Below, in pieces: positions 52,738-64,000 of a stretch of DNA of 64,000 bases. The notes beneath the pieces are model-generated. The model was not told the DNA's origin, ran no database searches, and saw only the letters and a list, made by a program, of their open reading frames with translations. How positions within the stretch are numbered: the first letter of the stretch is position 1; each line of letters starts with the position of its first letter. The stretch lies in NCBI GenBank assembly GCA_964016885.1, contig OZ024741.1, positions 389,360,001 through 389,424,000 on the forward strand, read 5' to 3'. The translations under genes and the position numbers were made by a program. The stretch is from Eledone cirrhosa. Its lineage: Eukaryota.

Positions 52738-54195
52738 GTCAAAGCTCTTTCGTCACACATTCTGTGACCTCCTCAGGGACTGAATTTTTATTTTTTTCTG
52801 TCCTACTACATCTTGTTTTTGTGTGTTGTGTGCTTGGTTTGCGCATGCCTTACATCCGGATGTGAGTGTTTATTTATTTATTTATGCGTTTATTTACTTG
52901 TCACTAGTTGGTTATTTTTTCTATCTGTGTGTATCCGGTTTGTTTTATTAGTTTGATTTTTGTGTGTGTCTGTATGTCTTCATTTTGTCCTTAAGTTGTG
53001 ATATTGTTGCTATTCCACTCATGCTTTCTGTTTAATTTTGGTTAGAGTTCATTTTTTGTTTGTTGCCTCTATGATTTGTCTGAGCATTGTGTCTTTTCTG
53101 CGAGTGGATATAATTTGTATCTCTATGTTCTCTAGTGTACCCCTATGTTCCATTTAGGCATGTTGCTGGACTACTGATGAGTTTTTCTCATCCTAACGCG
53201 TTGGTTCTCATTTAGATTGCTCGATGTATTGAAATGATGATATGGCTGGTGGAATAAACGTCTTGGCTTATGTACGTCCATTATAACTTTGCCTTTCATC
53301 CTTACGGGATCGATAAAATAAAGCAACAGTAAAGCATTGGGATAATTGTTGGCCTTATGCCCAAAATAGAAACAATTATTTGGTAAATTATTTGTTAGAT
53401 TAGTGTAAAATTAAGGAAGCCAATTGTGTTAACGGGCTCAAGCATATGTGCGTTTGTGCACATATTAGGTGGCACTGGAAAGGGAGTATAGTGTCTCATG
53501 TAGGGCAGTGCGCGTATGGAGGCAGTCGTTCCTAGATAGGCTTATGGAGATGTTTGTATAGATTATGTTTAATTAATTTGCTGGTTTCTATGCAGTGCTG
53601 CTGGGTCCCTCTCTAGTCCTGTGGGATGTGAAGTGTTATCGATGAGAGTTGAGTGTTGGGTTATTGGAGTTGTGCTATTGCTGATTAGGCGTACTTGGTA
53701 TAGATTATGAGGTAGTGTAATTGGTAAGGTGAGTAAAAGGATATGGCTATTTGGTCGACTTCTATGCATAAGGTGGAGATCGTGGTAATTTATAACTTAT
53801 TGTGGTCCTGGTTTTGGTTATCCGGTGGTAACATTGTGTAGGATCGCTAGAGTAGTGGCACTCCCGAAGAGATACGTGGGTCTACGCGGTTAAGTAACAA
53901 GGGATATATGTGTTGTTAGTGGCTACGTTGGTTTGTAGAATTGAAATGTTCTTTAGGATTGAGAATATTATAAGTTCCTGCTTTTGATTAGAAGTGGTTG
54001 TTTAGCGGTCATTATTTGGTAGATTTTCTGGGAGAAGAGCAGACACTCCCTTCGTTCTCCATTATACTCAGTGTTATATTTAATATGTTTGAGGTTGTAT
54101 TTGTTAACAGCCTCTGCTAATGAGGTTGTATTGGCTAATTTAGTATGTTTGGAAGAGTTTGTTTGGGAATATCTTTTTTGAATGAATTGGCAGTT
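52738..54195 (-). mobile_element. degraded Penelope-like remnant with a degenerate hammerhead at 52738-52780
   Basis: Minus frame NSSVVQQHA*MEH..IQIIS..KDTMLRQIIEA resembles a GIY-YIG C-terminus. Hammerhead-like CUGAGGA-GGUCAC..GUGAC-GAAA. Confidence 0.5.
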
Positions 54196-54208
54196 GCTCC
54201 TATGTATG

Positions 54209-54290
<82 letters not shown>

Positions 54291-54311
54291 CATATATGTA
54301 TGAAACATATA

Positions 54312-54368
<57 letters not shown>

Positions 54369-54375
54369 GCATATG

Positions 54376-54431
<56 letters not shown>

Positions 54432-54671
54432 TGTATGTCTGTGTGTACGTGCGTATGTATAAAGAAATTAATTTTCAAATATAAAAACTGGAAAGATGTA
54501 GGTGAAAAAGTTATATCAGCTGAAAATATGATGATTTATTATAATAAACTGTACACACGGCTACATACAATTTTTTTTTAATATATGAAATCCTAATGTG
54601 CAAGCTTATCCACGCGTGGAGCTAATGTTTATATTAAATATGTTACCAAACACTGTTATTTATATTATAAT

Positions 54672-56050
54672 TTAATTTACATGTTTCATCCTCCTGGTAC
54701 TCTTCGGAATTAACCAAGATATAAATACCTTAACAAATTCATCTCTTCGAAACACACAACAATTCGCAGAACATTTTATTTACATTTTAAAGAACTGCAC
54801 AGCACATCAAAACACGTAAAACAGGACCAAACTATCCTTTCTATAAAATTTCCTGGTTTCTTTCCGACTTCTTAGACCTCTCCATCACACTTTCACCAGA
54901 CACGTAGACAGCTCACAAGAAGTAGTCAACAGACTAAAAGAACTTTACCCCACCACACTTGAACAGAATAAATACCATCTTAATTTAGACGTAGGTCTCT
55001 TTCCACCTTTTCCCCGCCTCCCCGTCCATCGATATAATTACAGACAACATCATCGCCTCTAACGACCTCAATTGTTTGGGGCTCACTGATGTTGACATCC
55101 GCGAACTGCTCTCTATCATCGTGTGCAACACCTTTTTCCAATTTGAGAGTTCTGTATACAAACAAATCTCAGGATTTCCGATGGGATCGAGTCTTTCATG
55201 TCTGTTGGCCATCACGTACATAGACCAGTTGGAGTGCACAGCACTCATCACCTGCCGCTCTTGCTCCTTCTCCAAGTACTGGGATGACATCCTTATGCTC
55301 ACTTCCTCACACGAAGAAGTTATCAAGATCTATATCTTTGAAAACATTGATGCACAGATTGTGCGCCATGACTTCGCCCTCCCTCGGAGCCCAAATAGCC
55401 TATAGACAAGATGAGATTTTCCGGATACGCAACAGATGCAATGATGGTAGCGACAGACATACCAGCACAGTGTAATTCCAAAAAGTTCTCAGGAATAACG
55501 GCTACCCTGCTTCTCTTACCACACACCAAAATGCCAAGGCAGCAGCACGTAAAAGAACAAGGAGGACACGTTCCCCTAAGGATAACATTTGATACCTAAA
55601 GCTGCCACATTTCAATGAAAAGTCGACAGCTGCCATCAGACGAGCCATCGATAGGGAGAAACTGAATATACGGTTGGCACATTCGGGACCCTCATTGAGG
55701 AGACTGCTCCACAGACATCAACCCACATACAGCGATATATACACATTCTCTAACTGTCCCATCAAAACCGCAAAAGCGTGCATCAGAGCGTATGTTGTTT
55801 ATAAGATTACGTGCCTAACATTTGCTCCTCATACATCGGAAGTACCATAAGGAGACTACACATACAGATCAAGGAACACATGATAAGAGGTTCTTCCGTC
55901 AAAAAATTCTTGGAGATGTTGCAACCAAGACATTGAGATTACCATAGAGGCGAATGAAAGGAATACGGGAAATTTAAGAATTAAGGAAGCATTTTCATCA
56001 GCCACTCTTTTTTACCATCATTTGCCCTTCGTATTTTTTACCGCATTGCA
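54672..56050 (+). mobile_element. degraded Penelope/Poseidon-like element
   Basis: FQFESSVYKQISGFPMGSSLS, YWDDIL, VVYKITC..YIGSTIRRLHIQIKEH. A degenerate antisense hammerhead lies at 54672-54713. Confidence 0.8.
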
Positions 56051-56075
56051 CCGGCTTTTAAAAAATTAACTACAC

Positions 56076-56127
<52 letters not shown>

Positions 56128-56190
56128 GAGCTGAACAAGTAAACATTAAACAATCTTTTAAATACGATTTAAATATTCACCTGTTCTATT

Positions 56191-56270
56191 GCCGTAACCG
56201 ACGGTTTCGCTAATCAAAAGATTGGAAATTCGGAGAATTTCCAATGGAAAGAATTAGCTCTTCAGACAGC
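56191..56270 (-). ncRNA. type I hammerhead ribozyme
   Basis: GCUGU-CUGAAGA-GCUAAU..[AUUGGAAAUU/AAUUUCCAAU]..AUUAGC-GAAAC-CGUCG-GUU-ACGGC. Confidence 0.78.
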
Positions 56271-56649
56271 TATTTCCATATCATAGGGCATAAAGCCTCA
56301 TAGTTTGTAAATATATTGCTTCCTGTCCGATGCATGAGGTCAGGCCGTTAAAGTGACCCACACATAAATAGGCTGTAAGTAAAAGCGGGACATTATAGAC
56401 TCGTTGACACTTCATGCCGCTAAAAAAAATAGCATATATATATGTTCTTCTGGTTTTATAATTTCACAAATTTTTACCGATAGAGAAAGTCGGTTTCTAA
56501 CATAGACACAAGACTCTCTCATTGTATGTATGTATGTATGTATGTATGTATGTATGTATGTATGTATGTATGTATGTATGTATGTATGTATGTATATATA
56601 TATAATTACAATTTGCTTACAAACCAAAAATTAAAAGTTCAAGGCATTT

Positions 56650-58330
56650 GATTACTGACAATTGTTTATTCCACAGATACCAAATTATTTTATTTAACAA
56701 TTTGCTATCAATTAGCATAGACTATAGGTGTCATCAGAGTTTAATTAAAATACCAATACAAATCACTCAAGAAAAGACATAATATATATCACTTATCAAA
56801 ATATCAAAATAAATCGGTTAAAAAATCATAGTTAAAAAAATAGTTTTAAAAATATCATAGTTTAAAAAATATGGTGTCAATTGTATTAAAACTTATTAAA
56901 ATCACTAAATCCAAAAAATCACATATTAACAATAATCCATTCCTTTAAAATCTTAGTACCACTATTAGAAACTTGGTTAAAGAAGATAAAATAATGGCTT
57001 TAGCTTTAAGACAAAAAATATATAGTTTATATTATGAAACGTACAGAACTTTCATATATAAGGAATTAAATAGGAATTATAGGAAAACCACTATCAATAA
57101 CTTAAATGAGATTAATGTAGAAGGATAATCTATTGTTAAAAAGTTTTAATTTTAAAAGATATACGGAACCATATACTACGAAAACTCCTAGATTTTCATT
57201 AAAGGATCATGAGGATGACTTTAATACCAACACAACAATAAGATTAATATGCCCTTCTAAATCTGATATAAGATAAATTAGCAAACCAATTTTAGACAAA
57301 GCCATCCCTATAGTTAAGCAAAAAATAACATTTAATTTTTGGAGTAATAAAGTAATAGGTTGGTTTAATAAGATAGAAAATAAAAAATCTAATAAATTCA
57401 TCAATTTGATATTAACACATATTACACATCTCTATACCCCAATTTACTAAACCAGGCTTTAATTATGGCAATGAGACTAAGTAACCTTAATCAATCCCAT
57501 ATAGACATAATTTTAGCAGCTAGTAAGACTATAATAGAATTTGAAAGTAGTTTATGAACACGTAATAATACGCCAAATAACTTCGATATTACAATGGGAT
57601 CCAGAGATTCAACCCAAGTCACTGATCTTGTTGAACTATATTTTTTGAGAGAAATTAGCAAGAATATCTCATACTTAAAGAGTGGATTATACCGAGATGA
57701 TGCTCTTTTTGCTTTAGAGTTTAAAAAACACAGCATAGAAAGAACTAGAGATGAATTGCATAAACTCTTTAAAGATTATAATCTAGATATAATTGTAGAC
57801 GTAAATACTAAAATGGTAATTAACAAAACTACTATTAAGCTCTCATTCTCAACCACACCTAATATAGCCACGCAATTGGCTTTTAGTAACAATAGGAAAA
57901 TTTTAAAAAAACACCAAATCCTTTAAAAGGAATAATAACATAATAATATATCTAACCAAAACAACCAAAATACTCTTTCAAATAACAATATCAATAATCC
58001 ACTACCTGGAACTATGAATAACATACAAATTACATCTAATTATTAATTCCAAAGCTAACACTTAAGATTAAAAAATCAGAAATTTCCTTCACTTGTCCTC
58101 ATCAAAACTTACACTCATTTAATTATTATAAACCTAACAATTTCGATTAACAAACTTTATTTCAACTAATGCTTAACCTGATATTGAATCCTTATTAATG
58201 TTTATATAAATTATATGATACATTTGTTTAATTAATATACTATATTATCCAACTTCTTCCTTTGACCTTAATAATAATAAATACATAAGTATAATTGATG
58301 GGGATGCTTCATTCTATTCGGTGCCTTAAT
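56650..58330 (+). mobile_element. old Penelope-like remnant related to the 2216-6617 family
   Basis: IRLICPSKSD, FDITMGSRDSTQVTDLV, GLYRDDAL, TIKLSFSTTPN. Stops and deletions; boundaries approximate. Confidence 0.8.
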
Positions 58331-58637
58331 CATTCCTTTTTGGTTTTATATTTACTTTGTTTCCTTGTTAAAGAATGTAACCAAGTGGTTAGAGTGTTGG
58401 ATTCACGATCATGAGGTCGCCAGTTTAATCCTTACGCCGGACGGCACGTGTGTACTTAAGCAAAATACTTTATTTTAAGTTGCTTCTTCTGCCAGATAGT
58501 ATAGCTATGGAAAGACCAATGGGAACATTGTTTTCTTGGTCCAATCTAACAATCGGCTCTTTGCCTAGTTAAGTTTATGGTTTTCATCATTTGTTTATGG
58601 TTTAGTAATTAACATTTCAAAACACTTCTTTTCTCAG

Positions 58638-58772
58638 GTCCATGCCTTTATGAACGGAACATTTTCTGAATTGGTCACAGCTGCATTCGACCCTATTTTC
58701 CAGCTTCACCATGCCTTTATAGATAAAACTCTGGAACTCTGGATCAGAGACAACCAACCATCTTTCTCAGAG
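58638..58772 (+). CDS. tyrosinase-like gene, CuB exon (135 bp, phase 0-0)
   Basis: ttttctcag|VHAFMNGTFSELVTAAFDPIFQLHHAFIDKTLELWIRDNQPSFSE|gtgagt. Joins HNQ to give HNQVH..DPIF.LHH. Too short to appear in the ORF track. Confidence 0.92.
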
Positions 58773-61399
58773 GTGAGTCTAATAGGTTCAAACTATAATA
58801 AGCTTACTGTATAGAAAAGCAGATTCCCAGCTCTAGATATTTCATTGAGCTTATGTTATTTACAATTTTCGGATTGCCCCCTTACCCGTAGAACATGTTT
58901 AAAAAGAACCCTTAATTCCTAATCATGCCACATGAATGCTGTCTTGTGCATTCTAAACCTGGTGGAAGTCATTCTTCTCCAGGTCGGAGCACAGCCAATT
59001 TCTTCCCCAAAGAGAGAGAGAGAGAGAGGGGACAAGGACCAATGCCAGTAGTTGAATGGTACTTTATTTATCGACCTTGAAAGGATGAAAGTTAAAGTTG
59101 ACTTCAGTGGGATGTGAACTCAGAGCGCAGTGAGTCCCAACAAATACCAAAATATGTTTAATCCACCACCTGAACGACTCTGACATTCCACCACCTTCGC
59201 AGATGTATATCTATATTTTTCACGCTACCTCTCATAAAATAATTAGAAAAATCACCTAAACTTCCACCTATAACACATATATTAATCCAAAACTACTAAG
59301 CGTGAACAGACATGACATCATGCAAAATGATTTCAGGTGAATGTCTTACAAAGCTTTGGTTGAGAATTCATAAAGATCTATTTATGGCATTGAGAGGTGG
59401 GAGAACTAAATATTCCCTTAATGGGTTATCTTACAATTTGACTCGTTCCTTTAGTCAGTAAAATAGATGTTAGCTACACATAGAAACTAATTATTGTTGC
59501 CAGCTGTTTAACACATCTGACTTCAATCAACTATTCCATTTCCAGCTAAATAAAAATTGCAATGAACAAAAATAATTAATGAAGTTCCTTTGCTCCTGTC
59601 AGTTATAAAAATGTTTTTATAAAATGTCCTTAGAAACGTCGACCATAATTATACATCACATGTTTGTTTGTATATATTGCGGACTGTTGAAGTATACAGA
59701 CATGTTTTATACAACAAATGACATTGGTCTTATAATGAAATCGACCTCCTCATAAATCCATGGTTTTCTCTCTCCCAAACTGAAAATATAGACGCTTCAT
59801 GTCTGAATGAGACTGCTGAAAAAACAGCCCAAATATTCAACACGCGGTCTGTGAAGCAGATACGAAGCAAACTTAAACATATCGAGGTCTCATTCAAATT
59901 AACTCAAAGTCACTTTGAAAAACTTCACTATATTTTTTCTTCAAATATTGGTCAAGTGTATCAACAACAACAATAACAACAACAGCCACAACATCAACAA
60001 GAACAACAACTGCCACAAAATCAATTAGAACAGTCACAACAGAACAGCAGCAGCAACAACAAAAACAACAACCAGAAGAGCCACTCTTACATTTCAGCAT
60101 AATAGTGGAATTATTCTCTTCCCATTCGAAGGAGATCCCTCATCTGGGACACCGTTGTGACACGTTCTCCGCCACAAATCCTGGCACTGTGGCCCACAAT
60201 GCAGAGGATTGTCCGGCCACTTCCTCTTCACACCGGTTACCATCGCGACCTCAGGTGTACTTGGACCCCATACTGCTGAGCTGATCTGCAAGATCGGAAC
60301 GTCAGCAGCCCATCTGAGGAAGGAGCCCCACGAGGTGGGGGTGGCTGTTGCAGTGGCTGTTACTGAGCATTGTCTATGGAAATGCTTTTGAGGTCTTGTC
60401 TGTCCCAACAAGCTCTAGGTCTAGATCCCATTACCCTCCCTCTTCTTCTTCCCCTTCTTCTGTAACACTAGGGCCCTAGTCTTTCTCTTCCTTTTCCACT
60501 TTTAAATATTTGTTGTGTTGTTATTTGAAATAGATTTGTTTTTGATTTTTTTTAATTTTTATTAATAAAATAACTTTATAGTGGATTTACTCAATGTCAG
60601 TATCTCATCACCACTTTCCATTCATCACTTTCACCCCAATAACCACCACAATCATCATCAACATCATCATCATCATCACCACCACCACCATTATTTTCTC
60701 CTGCTACTCCTACCACCTCAACTAATAATAAACCACTGCTTTCTCTCCCTGCATTGCCACCTCAATCCTACAGTTCTATAAAAAAAATCTGTCAAAATTT
60801 AAGAAGCAGAATGCGTCCCCTCACCCCCACACACAAATAAAAGAAATCAAAATATGCTGTTATTCACTGTACCAGAGGTTCTGCACATGCAGTGACTGCA
60901 TCTTCACTCATTTACCTGAGATGCACAATTCAAATTCACAGGAACACTACCAGCCAAACCATACATCTCACAATAACATCAACACCACCAAATAGTAGAT
61001 TGGACGCTAAAACACACGTAACTCGGAATCCTAAAATCTGCCGGTATTCCCAACATGAAAGACTATGTCTATGTCAGCAGTAAGACTGTCCCTTCACACA
61101 TCGTCCAGAAATGGGACTGCAGCCCAACACCTAACCCACAGTAAAATCACCCCCTGCTGCAGTAATACTGGTCCAGACTTTCATGAAGGTACAAAACAAC
61201 AAAAACAAAAACATAACCAAAATGGGAAACTGCAACCCTATCTAACAGTGCAACCACACCCCCAGTCAAAAACTGCTCCCTAAGCAAGAAAACTCTTTTT
61301 TAGCCATGATGAACCTGGCAAAAGACATACCAAAAAACATTCTAGCTATCACACAACACCATCCTATGCTATTACCCCAGTGCGCCAACTGTCCCCATT

Positions 61400-63790
61400 G
61401 CTCTCACTAACAAACAAACACAAAACAAGCACTCTGCAACAGTCAAAACCAGCCACTACTCTAGCCTCCACATTTCTACTCAACGCACAAGGTGTCAACC
61501 CTTCCACACGAAAATGGAAGGTCCAATTCATTGAGGTTTGAGTTGGTAACTATCCACACCGCATCCCTTTCTTCATCCTTACTGAGACCCATCTCGACAA
61601 CTCCCACTTGGAAGCCGAAGTGAAGGTGAGGGATTTCACAACCATCTGTGCAGATCATGATGACAGAACGAAGGGTAGAACTGCTATTTTCCAGCATGAT
61701 TCCTTTACAGCAGACAGAAATATCACATTCTCCAATGGCAACAACGCCAATGATTTGACAGTAGTTGGGATCTACAGGCCATCCCTGCTGCCCACACTAT
61801 GCTTTAAAGAATGCCTCGACAGCATTAAGTGTTTTATACACTTAATGCATCTGTATATGGTCTCTGGTCTGTTGGATTTATTGCACCCCTTTTGCCGGGC
61901 TCTCCCGTCTGCTGCTGCAGTCATCAGACTCTCCTCCCCTAATTTGAGGTGTTGATTCAGGGTGTTTCTCCATCTTGGCGGGTCAGCTACGAGGCCCTCC
62001 CAGGACTCTTTGTTGATCTCAATGGCCTTCATATCTCTCTTCACAATGTCCTTGTATCACAGCCGTGTTCGACCGGTGGCTCTCTTTCCAGAGGCCAGCT
62101 CCCTATATAAGATGTCTTCTGGGATACAGCCATCATTCATGCGGTGGACGTGTCCTAGCCAGCATAGTCTGCACTGTCAGAGCAGGTTAAACATGCTCAT
62201 AAGGCCAACACAAATAAGGATATACCCAGGATAGAGTGCAGGCTTCTCAGATGGAAGGTGTTGAGTCGCCTCTCCTGTCTAGCATATGGTGACCATGTCT
62301 CACTGTCATACAGCAGTGTACCAATGACACAGGCATTGTACACAGCCATATTTTACCACCAGCTTGGGGTTTGTCCACACTTGGATTGTGAGGTGAGTAA
62401 ATATTGTGGCTGCCTTCCCAATCCTTCTGTCAAGCTCTGTGTCCATGGAGAGGTTGTCAGTGATGGTGGAACTGAGGTAGGTGAACTGATGGATGATATC
62501 GGTTTTGATGACTGGTGGTGCCTCTGTGTCCTGTCCCAAGGCGTTTGTCTTCCCAAGGCTGGTGGTCAGTCAAAATCCCTGCAGGCCTGGGAGAAACGGT
62601 CCATCAGCATCTGGAGTTCCTGCTGGGAGTGCGTCACAACTCCTGCATCATTGGCTCAGAGGCGGGTGAGGTTGAACAGCTTACTGTCTGATCTGGTATG
62701 TAGGAAGATCCCCATTCGACTGCTATCACACTGCTTGAATAAAACAAAATATAACCGCCAACAATGCATGAAGACCATCATCTATAACCAAAGAACAGCT
62801 GAGGAGAAATGAACCATTGATAAAATCAAACTGTTGGCAGTCTCCAATACAATGCTAAAACCATGGGTGAGATACTGCAGAAACAATATTGTTGTTTTCA
62901 GCAATCCTGATATGGCTGATCTGGGCCGTATCAGTGATGTTAATCCCCAACACACTATATCGGACATAATGTTTGGCACCCCTGATGTCTTAGTGGCAAC
63001 AAACAAAATTAAACACAATTAAGCAGTAGGCCCCACATGGTTCCTTTCTAGTGTCCTGAAGGTGTGTCGACACCAACTTGCATCTCCTCTAGCTAATTTG
63101 TGGAGGAAGTCACTGGACGCTGGCTATATACCTGAAAACTTTCTGTCCCAGTCTGTTCTCCCAGTTTTCAAAAAGGGGAACAAGTCCCTTGCAGTGAAAT
63201 ACCATCCAGTTTCACTCACCTCTCATATCATCAAGGTAATTGAGAGGGTGGTGAGATCACAAATAACTTACTTCCTTGAAATGACCAATCTGCTGAACTC
63301 CAATCAACATGGGTTCCATAATGGAAGGGACTGCCTAATGCAGCTTCTGCATCACTTTGATGACATTTTGAGAGCTTTGGGAGAGGGCTACAACACTGAT
63401 GTCATCTACTTTGATTTCAGCAAGGCCTTTGACAGGGTTGATCACAACATACTACTGAGAAAACCATCCAACATTGGTGTCACTGGAAAGTTGCTGCAGT
63501 GGATCAAGTATTTCCTGTCAAACAGAGCCCAACATGTTGTAGTGGAAGGAGTACAATCAAGCCGCGCCAAAGTCAGTAGTGGTGTCCCACAAGGCAATGA
63601 GTTGAGCCCACTTCCTTTCATTATCTATATCAATGACATTACTGATGTCATCAGGATGTGTTCCTTGATTCTCAGAACTTTCCAGTCAAAAGATATCCAC
63701 ATCATTCTCCTTCTTTTCTCTACTTTTTCCCAACCCCACCTTGAATACTGTTGTCCATTGTGGTTTCCCCACACAAAACACCTCAAAACA
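61400..63790 (+). mobile_element. CR1-group LINE remnant interrupted by an RTE fragment
   Basis: APE-like fragment before 61830. RT at 63062-63790 (YHPVSLTSH, NQHGF, DFSKAFDRVDH, GVPQG, YIND). Confidence 0.8.
61830..62720 (-). mobile_element. RTE (BovB-like) 3' fragment
   Basis: QFTYLSSTITDNLSMDTELDRRIGKAA; KRDMKAIEINKESWE..WR; C-terminal zinc finger remnant. Confidence 0.8.
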
Positions 63791-63892
63791 TTGTTTCCAC
63801 CGGTCCAATTTGATGAAAGTCGATTGACTGTCAATATGTATAATAGAACTCATTCACACTTGCAGTTTCATATTGCCTTACTAATTATCAGA

Positions 63893-64000
63893 GTTAAGGC
63901 CTTAGTGATTAAGATGTTTTACTCCCGATCATAAGGTTGTGAGTTCGATTCTTGGCTGCATGCTGTGTTCTTAAGCTGAGAAGACGTTTTGTTTCACATA
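63893..64000 (+). mobile_element. tRNA-derived SINE 5' part (runs off the window)
   Basis: cttagtgattaag..ggttgtgagttcgattc, similar to 33385-33600. Confidence 0.6.

Noticed and set aside
56652-56742. Further hammerhead-like traces (also 54672-54713)
   Set aside because: The cores are mutated (UAAAC for GAAAC; CCGAAGA) and the stems are poor, so they are treated only as decayed remnants.
59894-60781. Gln-, Thr- and His-rich ORFs, and an FTPVTIATSGVLGP fragment
   Set aside because: (CAA)n and (CAT/CAC)n simple repeats. The fragment may be an RLE-LINE remnant but is too short to call.

Overview
AT-rich, microsatellite-saturated animal genomic DNA. The repeat landscape suggests a cephalopod or other mollusc, which is an inference. 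The only host gene I can support is a tyrosinase/TYRP-like type-3 copper protein on the + strand. It has a 962-bp exon (10534-11495: Cys-rich domain, CuA, first CuB His) spliced across a ~47.1-kb intron to a 135-bp exon (58638-58772) that completes CuB, plus a damaged-looking candidate first exon at 9914-10037. Nearly everything else is transposon-derived. This includes Penelope-like (RT + GIY-YIG) elements, R4/Dong-like RLE LINEs (one with an intact 1130-aa ORF), RTE LINEs (one with a PHD finger inside the RT region), and CR1-like and L1/Tx1-like remnants. There are also bipartite non-autonomous RTE derivatives, tRNA-derived SINEs, a non-autonomous Helitron and a DD37D Tc1/mariner. The most striking signal not shown by the ORF track is a dense set of type I hammerhead ribozyme motifs (about a dozen, from several unrelated families). 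One three-copy family has a non-canonical CAGAAGA core. Several motifs sit in fold-back (inverted-repeat) insertions of 0.1-4.4 kb embedded in (TA)n tracts. All RNA structures were paired by eye, not computed.
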